From: a virus
Taxonomy: Duplodnaviria; Caudoviricetes
DNA length: 64,000 nucleotides
Virus record (IMG/VR): IMGVR_UViG_3300043120_000083
Span: 37,027 to 101,026 of that record
Strand: one strand, 5' to 3'
The position numbers and the translations under genes are program-made. Below are positions 49,581 through 60,194 of this stretch, piece after piece (within the stretch, counting starts at the first letter, position 1; every line of letters begins with the position of its first letter). The notes below the pieces were generated by a model. It was given only the letters and a program-made list of their open reading frames with translations, was not told where the DNA came from and did no database searches.

Positions 49581-52193
49581 ATGATATTAAAACTGCGTAG
49601 ATTATTAGGCCTTGACAATAAGCAAGAAAAAGTAGAAAACTACTCTGAATTGCACAAATCCCTAATGGGTTTAAACGAACGTATTGACGAAATAGCAGAG
49701 GATTTCACTGTAAAAAATGAGAACTATAAACAATTACTCAAATCTAAAGGGTTAAGTGATGATATAGCTAAGTCAGTACAAGTACGGCATATTAACTTTG
49801 TGGAGTCTCACAAGAAAGAAATTCATGAAGTTCTAATGAAACGTAAAGAAATAAAAAGTAAGTGTGACAAACTATTGTCAGACCCGGAAATAAGCAAAGC
49901 AGTAAAAGAAATAGAATTTTTCGACAACCTTAAAAATAAATACAAAAACAAAGAAATAGGTTTACGAGAGTATGACCTAATATTGAAAGCAAAAACAGGT
50001 AAAACAAAATATTCAGATATTCTTGTTTACGATAAGGACGGTAAGTTATTATTAGTTCAACGTGACCAACACGATAATAACGGCAGTAAGTGGGGAGTTC
50101 CCGGAGGCCACGTAGATACAGGAGAAGAGTTTTTAGAAGCAGCACAAAGAGAATTGTTTGAAGAAACAGGTATTTGGGTAGATGAATTGGAAGAGATAGC
50201 TGTTTACGACAAAGAAGGTAAAGAGATTCACTATTTCAAGGTAGATTTAAAAGAAGAAACTCAAGTTGTAGTTCAGAACAAAGAAGGTCAAGATTACAAG
50301 TGGATAGAATATACAGAATTGGAAGATATAGAAATGCCTTTCAATATGAAGGAGAATTTGTATAAGGTTCTTGGGTTTGAGGAAAAGGAAGTAAAGATAA
50401 TTAAGGCTGTTAGTTCAGGACAGATAAGCAAGGAATTAGGGGAGGGGTTGATTGAGAAAGCGAGAAGTGGAGTGTATAAAGATACTCCAGAAAATAGGAA
50501 GAAAGGAAGAGTTGGTCAGAAGTATGGAAGTAATGTTGGAGAGAAAGGTAAAAAAGAATTGTTTGATGTAGAGACACAAAAAATGCCTGTAGGTAGAAGA
50601 GGTAGATTTATTGTGAAAACAAACACTAATCCGGCACAGACATATAAAGGAGTAAAAAATTATTTAGATAATAAAAATCAAGACTTTGATGTAAATTTTT
50701 CAAGAAGTACCTCCTCTATTTATGTGAAAACACAAGATAAAAATGGTAATGAGTATGATATAAGGATTGCTAATCATTCTAAAGCTATAGATTCTGTTGA
50801 AGAGTGGAAACCTATTGAATTTACCGATTTTAATAGTAAAAGTAATTCATTTGAAATTTCAATAGATACGTCAGCTGGGATAAGTGCTAAAAAATTAAAA
50901 GATATATTTGGTAATATTGAAAATTTACAATCACAAATATCAAAAATTGATTTGGATTTAGATCCAGAAGAATATTATTACAAAAATGATTATTCTAAAA
51001 TAAAGACACCTCTGTTAGAGAAAATAAACGGTGACGATTATGGGTTAGCATCAAATATGTTAGACACTTATATTGATGAATATAAGCGAGCTGATAAAAA
51101 ATTCAAGGAGTTTGGGAATAAAAAGAAATTAGAGAAAGAAAAGTTAGAACAAGAAGAAAATAAAAAAAAGTTTGAATTTGATTTATATGGCACAAAGTTT
51201 TCTTTTGATCCTCAATACAAAACAATAGATTTTGAAATAAACCACCTTAATAAGTTAAAAGAAAAAGAGTATAAACTTCCAAGAAGGGCTTTTAAGAGGT
51301 ATCTTGAAAGAGATTTAGGGAAACAATATAGCGAAGGACTGGTAAGCAAAGAAGAGGTACGGAATATAATCAAGAATAAAATAAAAGAAATTGAAGAAAC
51401 AGGTGAATTTAAGAAAAGTGAAGATTTATTAGAGTATTTATATATAAATGGGATTATATCTGAAGATATTCTTTTAAAATCTTTTCCTGAAGAAAAACAT
51501 TACCCCGGAGAAACAAAAGAGGAATACGGAGCCCACGAAGTTAAAGAATCACCTAAAAGAGAGAAAGAAGAAAAAGAACCCGGTGGTTATGAACATAAAC
51601 AAGCCCGTTCTAAAGAAGAGTTCAAAGAAAAAGAACATCTATGGGAAATGATTCAGGAACATGAGAGATTAATAAAAGTAATTTCTCCATTTGCTGACAG
51701 TAGCGATGCTGTAAAGGAAGAGTTGAAAATACAAAAGAAAGAACTAAAGGAATACAAAGAAAAACTGAATAAGATTGAAGATAAGGGGTTGAAAAAGGTT
51801 GAAGAAGATGAAGAGAGCATAGAAAAATCCCGTTCAGGTGTTTATTCAGACAACGCTGAAAACAGACGTTTAAAACGTGTAGGTAAAAAGTATGGAGAAT
51901 CCTCTAATCAAGAAGAAGGAAAACAGGGTAATGATAAAAAAGAAGATGATAAAGAATCCAAACCTAAACAATCAATAGAAGAATACGCTAAAAATGCGTC
52001 TCAGGAGGCATTAGAGAACGCTTCTAAAGGAAAAGATGAAGAGCTAAGGGTAGCAGCTAAAAAGGAGCTAAAACGTAGGGAAACGGAAGAAAATGAATCT
52101 GATCGTCCAGAAGAAGGTGTAAGTGGCGAAGCAGAAAAGAAGACGGGAGAAGAAAGCCCGTCTTCGGATAAGAAAGGGGAGAAAGATGAGTAA
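49581..52193 (+). CDS. Multidomain protein with a Nudix hydrolase domain and two RSGVY motifs
   Basis: Nudix box GGHVDTGEEFLEAAQRELFEETG. Motif copies at 50457 and 51825. Confidence 0.8.
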   Translation: MILKLRRLLGLDNKQEKVENYSELHKSLMGLNERIDEIAEDFTVKNENYKQLLKSKGLSDDIAKSVQVRHINFVESHKKEIHEVLMKRKEIKSKCDKLLSDPEISKAVKEIEFFDNLKNKYKNKEIGLREYDLILKAKTGKTKYSDILVYDKDGKLLLVQRDQHDNNGSKWGVPGGHVDTGEEFLEAAQRELFEETGIWVDELEEIAVYDKEGKEIHYFKVDLKEETQVVVQNKEGQDYKWIEYTELEDIEMPFNMKENLYKVLGFEEKEVKIIKAVSSGQISKELGEGLIEKARSGVYKDTPENRKKGRVGQKYGSNVGEKGKKELFDVETQKMPVGRRGRFIVKTNTNPAQTYKGVKNYLDNKNQDFDVNFSRSTSSIYVKTQDKNGNEYDIRIANHSKAIDSVEEWKPIEFTDFNSKSNSFEISIDTSAGISAKKLKDIFGNIENLQSQISKIDLDLDPEEYYYKNDYSKIKTPLLEKINGDDYGLASNMLDTYIDEYKRADKKFKEFGNKKKLEKEKLEQEENKKKFEFDLYGTKFSFDPQYKTIDFEINHLNKLKEKEYKLPRRAFKRYLERDLGKQYSEGLVSKEEVRNIIKNKIKEIEETGEFKKSEDLLEYLYINGIISEDILLKSFPEEKHYPGETKEEYGAHEVKESPKREKEEKEPGGYEHKQARSKEEFKEKEHLWEMIQEHERLIKVISPFADSSDAVKEELKIQKKELKEYKEKLNKIEDKGLKKVEEDEESIEKSRSGVYSDNAENRRLKRVGKKYGESSNQEEGKQGNDKKEDDKESKPKQSIEEYAKNASQEALENASKGKDEELRVAAKKELKRRETEENESDRPEEGVSGEAEKKTGEESPSSDKKGEKDE

Positions 52194-52449
52194 AGTTGTA
52201 AGTTTCTTAGGAGAAACAGAAGATGGCGGATTTGTAATGGATATAGAACTCCACCCTAAGCGGGTATCTTCATTTAAACCTTTTCAATTAGAAAGGTATG
52301 AGAGTGTAATAAAGTTCATTGATTCAAAATATTCTGAAATTAATAAGAAGGAAAGGTTTGAATTAATAGATTCTTTGTTGTACTCAGAGAGTAATAAAGA
52401 GAAACAGGAAGAATTTAATAAATGGGGAAAAGATGTCACAAGCAACTAA
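52186..52449 (+). CDS. Hypothetical protein
   Basis: ATG at 52186, overlapping the previous stop. Confidence 0.5.
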   Translation: MSKVVSFLGETEDGGFVMDIELHPKRVSSFKPFQLERYESVIKFIDSKYSEINKKERFELIDSLLYSESNKEKQEEFNKWGKDVTSN

Positions 52450-52607
52450 AGTTCATGTTCTGAAAGATTTTGACTTTCTAACATAACAAGAGAGAGTATT
52501 TCAACTGTTCTGTGGAAAAGATACAAACCTTGTATCAGTACATATAGATTGGGAAGATTTAACAGCACTAACTTCGTTTCAAATGACAGTTCGTGGTCAC
52601 GTAGTAG

Positions 52608-53252
52608 ATGATTATTAAAATGATAGATAGAGATAAAGTAAAAGAAAATATACGAAAAGACTTTTTCGATTTTTTCAGTTTAGGGGAGATACAATCAATC
52701 CTTTCCCTTGTAGATCACAATTATGACCTTTTAAGTAAGATATATGGTGATTTTTGGGATGATTTAAGATTTCCAGTAACTCAAACAAAACAAGGTTCAA
52801 ATTTAAAGCCAGATTTTGATGAAACAGAGATAGGTTTATTGTTTCCTCAAAATGATACGACAGAAAAAATTTATATAATATCTCAAATGCCTCACGAATG
52901 GAAATTAGAGAGCGAATTACGTCCCCATATCCATTTTATTCAAGATGAAGCTGAAGTCCCCACTTTTAAGATGGATTACAGGTGGTATAAAAACGGAGAA
53001 ACACCTCCAGAAACTTTTACAACAATAGAAACCCATAATGAGGTTGTTTTTAATTATGAAGGACAACCATTATTACAAATTTTATCATTTCCTCCCATTG
53101 ATGGAACAGGTATAGATAGAGTTAGTTCTGTTATGGATATAATTATTTACAGAGATGATAATGTAGTTGCAGGAGATGTTCTTGTAAAAGAGTTCGATAT
53201 ACATCACTTAGTAAATGCTCCGGGTAGCGTTGAAGAGTTTTCTAAATATTAA
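52608..53252 (+). CDS. Putative structural protein (beta-rich)
   Basis: WDDLRFP...MPHEW...RPHIH, in the virion module. Confidence 0.5.
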   Translation: MIIKMIDRDKVKENIRKDFFDFFSLGEIQSILSLVDHNYDLLSKIYGDFWDDLRFPVTQTKQGSNLKPDFDETEIGLLFPQNDTTEKIYIISQMPHEWKLESELRPHIHFIQDEAEVPTFKMDYRWYKNGETPPETFTTIETHNEVVFNYEGQPLLQILSFPPIDGTGIDRVSSVMDIIIYRDDNVVAGDVLVKEFDIHHLVNAPGSVEEFSKY

Positions 53253-53254
53253 AA

Positions 53255-54076
53255 ATGAAAGATAATAAATTTAATTTTTTTGTAGGGTGTGACATACCAG
53301 AGGAAGAGTTTGAGAAAGCTTCTAATTCAAAAGGGAAAGATAGGTATAAAAATATGACAATAACTGGGTTAGCATCAGATGATAGTCAAGATTCTGAAGG
53401 GCAGCAGTTATTACCTTCCGGCTATGATTTTAGTGAATTTTTATCAAGTGGGCTTATAAATCTTGAACATTTTCCGACACGAAAGGCAGATCCTTCTTCA
53501 TGGATTGGTGAACCAGTAGATGCTTATGTGAAAGGAGAACAATTTTTCATAAAAGCAAAGCTTTGGGAACATCAACAAAAAGCAAGGGATTTTTATGATA
53601 CTATCCTTGCAATGAAAAAGAGTGGTTCAAAAAGAAGAGCAGGGTTTAGTATTGAAGGTAAATCAATAGAAAAAGACCCTTGGAATAAAAACAAGATTAC
53701 TAAAGCAAAAATTAGACATTGTGCTGTAACATTTGCTCCTATAAATTCAAATAGTTGGTTAGATATAGCAAAAGGAAAACAAGAAAAAGATTATATAGAA
53801 CCAGTACCGGAAATTACAAATGAAGCATATATTATGCAATATGAGCTGGAAGATGGTTCAATTTTAACTGTAAATAAAGACCTTTCTATTAAGATAGATA
53901 GAAATGGGTTAAAAAAGACAGTAACTACCGAAAGCCACGATGCATTAACAAAAGAATCACTTGACCCTAAAGAAAAAAACTTACAGAAAGCTAAGTTTAT
54001 TATTGAGATGTCTAAGAAAGGAGTAATAGAAAAAAGTTTTTCTCAAAATATTTTACGTAAAATTTTTGTAGGTTAG
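53255..54076 (+). CDS. Prohead protease
   Basis: GLASDDSQDSEG, INLEH, GFSIEG and AVTFAPIN motifs, two genes upstream of the capsid. Confidence 0.85.
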   Translation: MKDNKFNFFVGCDIPEEEFEKASNSKGKDRYKNMTITGLASDDSQDSEGQQLLPSGYDFSEFLSSGLINLEHFPTRKADPSSWIGEPVDAYVKGEQFFIKAKLWEHQQKARDFYDTILAMKKSGSKRRAGFSIEGKSIEKDPWNKNKITKAKIRHCAVTFAPINSNSWLDIAKGKQEKDYIEPVPEITNEAYIMQYELEDGSILTVNKDLSIKIDRNGLKKTVTTESHDALTKESLDPKEKNLQKAKFIIEMSKKGVIEKSFSQNILRKIFVG

Positions 54077-54132
54077 GAATATTTATTAACTTTATATTAA
54101 AGTTCGTTTATAAACATAGACAATATTGGAAA

Positions 54133-54810
54133 ATGACAAATACTGATAAAGAAATTCTTGATATTCTAAAAGGATTTATGTCCGATGATGAAATCAAGGA
54201 TGCTATTGAAAAAGGCAATATTAAACTTGGTGCAGAAGATAGCATTGAGAAGGCTGAGAAAAAAGAAGATTCTGAAGACGAAACAGAAGTAACCGTTAAG
54301 GTTGAGAAAGAAGAGGAATCTGAAGATGATGAAGAAAAAGATACTGAGGAAAAAGAAGATAAGGTAGAAAAATCAGAAGAAACACCAAAGGAAGAAAAAA
54401 TTGAAAAATCTGATAATTCTGACTTAATTAAATCTTTTGAGGATAGATTTACTCAGGTTGATGAACTTCAAAAATCAATTTCAGGTCTTACAGAAATGCT
54501 TTCAAACATGAATGCTAAGATTGAAAAGATTGGTAATGAAGCTCCAGAACCTAAATCTGTACGTCAAGTTCAGTATTTTGAAAAAGGGGAAACTTTAAAA
54601 GATGAAGAAGACAGAACTATTCTATCAGTAGCTAAAGATAGAGAGCAAATTGGTGAAATCATGCTGAAATCAATGTCTGAAGAAAAAGATGATTTGATGA
54701 AAGGTCAAATTGAAAGTGACTTGATGAATGTTATTGGTGGAAACTCTCTACCTACTGAAAATGTTTGTAAATATTTGTACGAAAACAAAGGTATTCGTAT
54801 CGTTAAATAA
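54133..54810 (+). CDS. Acidic scaffold-like protein
   Basis: Lies between protease and capsid. Multiple EK[S/A] sites. Confidence 0.6.
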   Translation: MTNTDKEILDILKGFMSDDEIKDAIEKGNIKLGAEDSIEKAEKKEDSEDETEVTVKVEKEEESEDDEEKDTEEKEDKVEKSEETPKEEKIEKSDNSDLIKSFEDRFTQVDELQKSISGLTEMLSNMNAKIEKIGNEAPEPKSVRQVQYFEKGETLKDEEDRTILSVAKDREQIGEIMLKSMSEEKDDLMKGQIESDLMNVIGGNSLPTENVCKYLYENKGIRIVK

Positions 54811-54846
54811 TAGAATTTCGTTTTAAAAAAAGATATATTTAGAATA

Positions 54847-56358
54847 ATGACAGATTTATATAATTATAGTGGGCAAGGATTTGACCCCAAAGCGATGAAT
54901 GATAATGCTCAAGACATTGTGAAAGCAATGGAAGCCGGATTGGGAACTGGTCGTGATTACAATGACCAAATTCATAACGGCCCCGGTTTAAAAGTTGAAA
55001 GTCTTGATGCAGTAGTTAAAGTACTGGAAAATAAACTTTCTGACCTTGTATTGTGGAACGGCATTAACAAGCAAAAGATTTACAATACTGTCCATGAATA
55101 TAACCAGTTGGTTCGTTACGGACAGGATGCAGGTATTTTTAACCTTGAAGGAGAAACCCCTTCTTTCACTACTTCTGACTACCGTAGGAAGTCAATCGTA
55201 GCTAAGTTTATGGGACTTGGTGGTCAAGTTACTCATCCTTCTATGTTGGTTAAGACTGCTGATGGGAAGAACAGCTTGGCACGAGAAGTTGAAAATAAAA
55301 CTTCTCAATTGCTTCGTGAGATTGATAAGAAGTTGTCTATTGCCGACAGTTCCAAGATTGAAAGTGAATTTGATGGTATTTTCCGTCAACACCTTTTGGG
55401 GGTAAATGAAATTTATGCTCCTACTTCTGGAATGTCTCCTGAAACTCTTTTCGACAATTACTTTGGAGATGATGCTTCAGTAAGTGATGCACGTGGATAT
55501 ATCCTTAGTGATTCAATGGTTCAGGATAGTGTTGATGGTGTTGTTAACACTCGTTTCGGTGAGGTTAGCCATATTGTTTCAAACCCTGCTGTTTTCAATG
55601 ACTATGCTAAGCAATTCCAACAGTACAAGCAAGTTCTTGTAGGTGGTGTTAATGGTGTAGAAGGCGCAAACATGGGGCAATCAGTAGCAACCATTACTAC
55701 TCAGTATGGTAAAGTTACTATTGAAAACGATAAGTTCTTTGACCGTAAGGAAGCAAAAGCATGGAATGCTGGTGCCTCTAACGACAAAGCTCCTGCTGCT
55801 GTAACAATGGATAGTTCAACCCCTATTGCTGTAGCTACTGACACAAAAACTAAGTTTGGTGATAGTGCTGGTTCTTATTTCTACGCTGTGGCAGCTAAGA
55901 ACCGTTACGGTGAAGCTCCCATGCAAATTGTTAGTACTTCTGCACAGGCAGTAGCAACTACTGAAAGTGTTGATTTGAAATTTACTGCAACCGCCGGAGC
56001 ATACGCTGCTGAATCATTCGTGATTTATCGTACTGAAGCTGACGTTGCTAATTATCAAACTGCTAAGTTTTACCCAATCTTTGAAGTTTCTGCTTCAGAA
56101 TTGGCAGCCGGATTTGATGGTGGTGCAGCTGGTTTGGTTCGTGACCGTAACCGTATTCTTCCTAACACTTACAGAGCACTTGTTTATTACAAGTCTCCTG
56201 ATATTATGGAATATCTTCAGTTTGCTCCTACAATGAGAATGGACTTTGCCCAGACAAGCCCAGCATTGAGGTTCGCAGTTCTGAATTATGGTACTCCTGT
56301 TCTTTATCAGCCCGGTAAGATTGGTATCATTTACAATATTGGTAAAAAGACTGCATAG
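54847..56358 (+). CDS. Major capsid protein
   Basis: DIVKAMEAG, LKVESLD, TVHEYNQ and EFDGI resemble SPO1/Twort-type capsid proteins. Position and following terminator agree. Confidence 0.9.
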   Translation: MTDLYNYSGQGFDPKAMNDNAQDIVKAMEAGLGTGRDYNDQIHNGPGLKVESLDAVVKVLENKLSDLVLWNGINKQKIYNTVHEYNQLVRYGQDAGIFNLEGETPSFTTSDYRRKSIVAKFMGLGGQVTHPSMLVKTADGKNSLAREVENKTSQLLREIDKKLSIADSSKIESEFDGIFRQHLLGVNEIYAPTSGMSPETLFDNYFGDDASVSDARGYILSDSMVQDSVDGVVNTRFGEVSHIVSNPAVFNDYAKQFQQYKQVLVGGVNGVEGANMGQSVATITTQYGKVTIENDKFFDRKEAKAWNAGASNDKAPAAVTMDSSTPIAVATDTKTKFGDSAGSYFYAVAAKNRYGEAPMQIVSTSAQAVATTESVDLKFTATAGAYAAESFVIYRTEADVANYQTAKFYPIFEVSASELAAGFDGGAAGLVRDRNRILPNTYRALVYYKSPDIMEYLQFAPTMRMDFAQTSPALRFAVLNYGTPVLYQPGKIGIIYNIGKKTA

Positions 56359-56385
56359 TAATAGTGTTTCATAGGTTTGGTTTTT

Positions 56386-56419
56386 AGGGGGAGGGAGATT
56401 ATTCCCCTCCCCTTTTTTA
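56386..56419 (+). terminator. Rho-independent terminator after the capsid gene
   Basis: GGGGAGGG / CCCTCCCC followed by a T tract. Confidence 0.8.
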
Positions 56420-56442
56420 TATTAACGCAATAAATATTTATT

Positions 56443-57009
56443 ATGATTTTAGAAACAACAAAAAAGCAATTTAGCGGACATAAAGTTCGGTTCGGATCAA
56501 AAGAATATACTTTTGATAATAAGGGTAAATTGAATATTGAAGATGAAAAGGAAGCAAAGGAATTGGTAGCCAAATATGACCATCTTTTTGAAGAAGGTAA
56601 ACTTCCTATTACAGATGAAAAGGGTAAAGAATTAGACCCTGCTGACGAAGAAACCCTAAACCATCTTAATGAGCAATTGAAACTTCAAAAACAAAAGGTA
56701 GAAGATAGAGATAAGAAGATTGAAAAGTTGAAATTAGAGGTTCAGGATTGGAAAAATAAAGTTGATGAACTTCTAAATGGAGAAAAAGTAGTTGAAATAG
56801 AAACCCCTGAAAAAGTAACAGAGGAAGGCGAAGAAACTACTGAAGAAGAAGACTTGGAAGATACAAATTCAGAAGATTTGAAAGCAACCCTTGAAGAAAA
56901 ATCATTTGATGATTTGAAAGCTATCTATAAAGAATCAGGGAAAAGCCTTCAAGGTATCAAAACAAAAGAGCAAATTATCAATAAGTTGTTAGAACTCGAT
57001 AAAGAGTAA
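56443..57009 (+). CDS. Hypothetical virion-module protein with a small C-terminal helical domain
   Basis: Coiled coil and KSFDDLKAI...KTKEQII. Confidence 0.55.
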   Translation: MILETTKKQFSGHKVRFGSKEYTFDNKGKLNIEDEKEAKELVAKYDHLFEEGKLPITDEKGKELDPADEETLNHLNEQLKLQKQKVEDRDKKIEKLKLEVQDWKNKVDELLNGEKVVEIETPEKVTEEGEETTEEEDLEDTNSEDLKATLEEKSFDDLKAIYKESGKSLQGIKTKEQIINKLLELDKE

Positions 57010-57012
57010 TAG

Positions 57013-57813
57013 ATGCCTCAAATTACTTTCATAAGTAAATACCGTAAAAATACAGGCATTGTTATGTCAGCAATGGAAATGGATGCTATGTATTTTTACG
57101 GTTTAGATTTTAAGTCAAAGGACGGTACTGTACTTTCTAATGAAGTAAAAAGAACATATATTCTTGCAGGGCAATCAGAAATAGAAAAGTTTTTGAATAT
57201 AAAAATGTCCCTTCAATTATATGAAGAAACTGTTTCTTATCACAGAGACGATTATTACCGTCAATTCCCTATATTTAAGACCACCTATCAGGTAAATGAA
57301 CCATTAGCCCTAATAGGTATGTTAAGGAAGTTAGAACAGGTTATTTACCCCAGAGAATGGCTTTATTCTTCTGACAATAGTGAAGGGTTATTTAATAGGA
57401 GAATTTCAATTGTACCTAACGGAGGAACAACTTCAGTAGAAACTTCCGGGGATGTTATTTTAACTGGAATGACCTCACAGATAGGATTGCAACGTTACAG
57501 AAACATTCCTGACTATTGGAGGGCACAATATGTAACTGGGTTTAGTAAGGATAATTTACCGGAAGATATAATTAATGTAGTGGGTAAATTTAGCACGTTA
57601 GGTATCCTGAACGTGTGGGGAGATATTGTGTTAGGTGCAGGAATAGCATCAATGAGTTTAGGTATAGATTCTTTAAGTCAGTCAATATCAACAACTTCGT
57701 CAGCGGAGAACGCTGCTCTATCAGCAAGGATAAAACAATATGAAAAAGAAATAAAAGAGACATTGAAAAGATTAAAGGGTTATTATAAGGGCTTTAATTT
57801 TACTGTACTTTAA
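57013..57813 (+). CDS. Head-tail adaptor/neck protein
   Basis: Position, plus YVTGF and GAGIASMSLGID motifs. Confidence 0.65.
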   Translation: MPQITFISKYRKNTGIVMSAMEMDAMYFYGLDFKSKDGTVLSNEVKRTYILAGQSEIEKFLNIKMSLQLYEETVSYHRDDYYRQFPIFKTTYQVNEPLALIGMLRKLEQVIYPREWLYSSDNSEGLFNRRISIVPNGGTTSVETSGDVILTGMTSQIGLQRYRNIPDYWRAQYVTGFSKDNLPEDIINVVGKFSTLGILNVWGDIVLGAGIASMSLGIDSLSQSISTTSSAENAALSARIKQYEKEIKETLKRLKGYYKGFNFTVL

Positions 57814-57816
57814 TAT

Positions 57817-58611
57817 ATGGCATTAGAAGGACAAAATATAAGAACAGCTACGCCAGCTAATTTGATAGGGCAGCCGGAAGTAGAATTTCGTAGGGATGAT
57901 TTCAATGCCTTAATTACCACTAAGGGGTATAACTGTATTATCGAAAAGGCTGTAAGATGTCCATGTGAAGGAGAAGGAGAGAGTGCCTTACCTTCTTGTC
58001 AGAATTGTTTTGGTACAGGGTGGGTATTTATTAATCCAATAAAGACAGACGCAATTGCTTCAGGGATTAACCTTTCTAATCAATATAAAGATTGGTCTTT
58101 AGAGCTTTCTGGTACAATATCTTTAACGGTAAGGGATGATGATAAAGAATCTCTATCTTTCTATGATAAGGTTTCTTTTGCAGACAAATACAGTCGTTAT
58201 TCAGAAGTGTTAAGTGTTAGAGATACAGGAACAGAGGTATTTGTTTTCACCACATATAAGGTAAAAGAGGTTTATGAAATATTTGTATTTGATGGGAGTG
58301 AACAAAAACTAAGAAGATTGAATAGTGACGAATATTCAATTAGCGAAAATAATCCGTATGTTATCAACCTTCTAATAACAAATTACCCGACCGATTACAA
58401 TAAGGTTGTTTCAATAAGATATAAGCACGAAATACAATACCATGTTATTGATTTACCTCACGAATTAAGGGGATCAACAATTGTAAATAAAGAAGGACAA
58501 AGGAAAGATATTATTTTACCTATGAATGCAGTTGCACGTAGGGTTCATTTAATTGTAGGAGCAAAGCCCAACTATGATGGAACAGGGTGGAAAGATAATA
58601 GTTATTTGTAA
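57817..58611 (+). CDS. Neck/head-closure protein
   Basis: CPC...CQNCFGTG motif and position. Confidence 0.6.
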   Translation: MALEGQNIRTATPANLIGQPEVEFRRDDFNALITTKGYNCIIEKAVRCPCEGEGESALPSCQNCFGTGWVFINPIKTDAIASGINLSNQYKDWSLELSGTISLTVRDDDKESLSFYDKVSFADKYSRYSEVLSVRDTGTEVFVFTTYKVKEVYEIFVFDGSEQKLRRLNSDEYSISENNPYVINLLITNYPTDYNKVVSIRYKHEIQYHVIDLPHELRGSTIVNKEGQRKDIILPMNAVARRVHLIVGAKPNYDGTGWKDNSYL

Positions 58612-59372
58612 TGTTTGGTATATCTGTAGATTTAACACCAGCAATTGAGGAATTTAATATTCTTGCCGAAGAAGTTTCAGCATTAACACCCCGGATATTG
58701 GACAGGGTTATTGATTCCTATATGACAGAATGGGAAGATAATATCAATCAAAGTTTAGGTTCTACACGTAATGAGTATAAACGTTCAATGTATGTAGAGC
58801 GTATTGATGAAAAGAATGCAATTATAGGATTAACTCCTCGTGAGAGTAGTTTAGCTTTAATGTTAGAAGATGGTGCAACTTCTTTTGATATTAAAGAAGG
58901 TATGGAGAAATCAAGTAAGAAAAAATATACTGAAGATGGGGGTTGGTATATTACAGTTCCTTTTCGTCATGCTACTTCTGAAGCATTAGCAGAATCAACA
59001 TTCTTTCAAAGCAAAATGCCAAAAAGTGTAGAAAGAGTAGTTCAAAGTAAAACAATGGAAGGAGGAAGAACGCAAGGGGTAAAAATAGATGAACTTCCTG
59101 CTGAATATCAGAAATTAAGAAGTAACCCAACAACAGGCTATCAACACAAATCGCCTATTTATGAAGGGTTAACAAGATTGAATATGCCTTCTTCGGAGAA
59201 AGAAAAAAGAAGTGGGTATTTCACTTTCAGAAGGATTAGTAGTAAAAGTGACCCGGATAGTTGGGTTCATCCCGGATTCAAAGCATTAAAATTAATGGAG
59301 AAAACACTTCAACAAATAAATGCTGAACAGATAGTTGATGAAGAAGTAAACAATTTCTTACTAAACAGATAA
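58611..59372 (+). CDS. Neck/tail-completion protein
   Basis: WYITVPFRH and TFRRISSKSDPDSWVHPG motifs, and position. Confidence 0.6.
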   Translation: MFGISVDLTPAIEEFNILAEEVSALTPRILDRVIDSYMTEWEDNINQSLGSTRNEYKRSMYVERIDEKNAIIGLTPRESSLALMLEDGATSFDIKEGMEKSSKKKYTEDGGWYITVPFRHATSEALAESTFFQSKMPKSVERVVQSKTMEGGRTQGVKIDELPAEYQKLRSNPTTGYQHKSPIYEGLTRLNMPSSEKEKRSGYFTFRRISSKSDPDSWVHPGFKALKLMEKTLQQINAEQIVDEEVNNFLLNR

Positions 59373-59374
59373 AA

Positions 59375-60031
59375 ATGGCATTAGTACCAATTATATACAT
59401 GAAAACAGTTATTGAAAGTCTAATAAATTTTGTCGGGACAGATATAGCTGATAATATTGCAAATGGAACGGAAAATCAATCTTTTTTATATAAAGTGTGG
59501 AATAACATAACTGATGACAAATTCGACTTTTATTCAGAGGCTAAAGGTATATTTAGCCGTAGTAAGTATAGCCCAAACAAATTGAATGTAAGTCTTCAGT
59601 ACAATAAAAATCTTAATGCAATTCCTAATATATGGTTACGTGAACCAGCAAGGAGAAGTGGTAATTACAATAGCATAGGAAGTGTAGGAGAAGGGGAGAT
59701 AATAGGGGGCGAGTTTCAACCGGAATATAGAGATACAAAGGCTTCTACTTATGAATTGGTAGTTAGTTCAAATAACACTCTTTCAACTATACTGGTTTGT
59801 GAAACTTTATATCAGGTGATGTTAGGAGCACATGATACACTTTCAGATATATTCCCACAATTTAATTTCAGTATGAAAGAATTGATGGCAAATAATGAAA
59901 TAACTCCAGTCCCTGTAATTATGAAATCAATAGAAATTTCAACTCAAATGGAGGTTGTAGCTCCTTCTATAATGAGAGAACAAATCGTTAATGCAATTAA
60001 TTTTACACAAGAAGTTTATGGAAACAACTGA
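59375..60031 (+). CDS. Putative tail terminator
   Basis: Position before the sheath gene. Confidence 0.45.
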   Translation: MALVPIIYMKTVIESLINFVGTDIADNIANGTENQSFLYKVWNNITDDKFDFYSEAKGIFSRSKYSPNKLNVSLQYNKNLNAIPNIWLREPARRSGNYNSIGSVGEGEIIGGEFQPEYRDTKASTYELVVSSNNTLSTILVCETLYQVMLGAHDTLSDIFPQFNFSMKELMANNEITPVPVIMKSIEISTQMEVVAPSIMREQIVNAINFTQEVYGNN

Positions 60032-60194
60032 TAAAGAAGCAAAGAAGCCTTCAAATAAAAACGTTTTTCAGATATGTAACGAACTCAGATTAGTAGGCGT
60101 TGTACGTCAACATGTTTTGAAAAAATTTAAAAATGATTCCATGTCTAAAACGGACTGGAAGAAACTTTTTAAAAAAGAAAGAATTGATTTTTAA
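60018..60194 (+). CDS. Small hypothetical protein
   Basis: ATG at 60018. Confidence 0.45.
   Translation: METTDKEAKKPSNKNVFQICNELRLVGVVRQHVLKKFKNDSMSKTDWKKLFKKERIDF

Noticed and set aside
52433-52618. Small gene with an internal TAA (readthrough or recoding)
   Set aside because: A single short case. Other genes end normally at TAA, TAG and TGA, so there is no sign of an alternative code.
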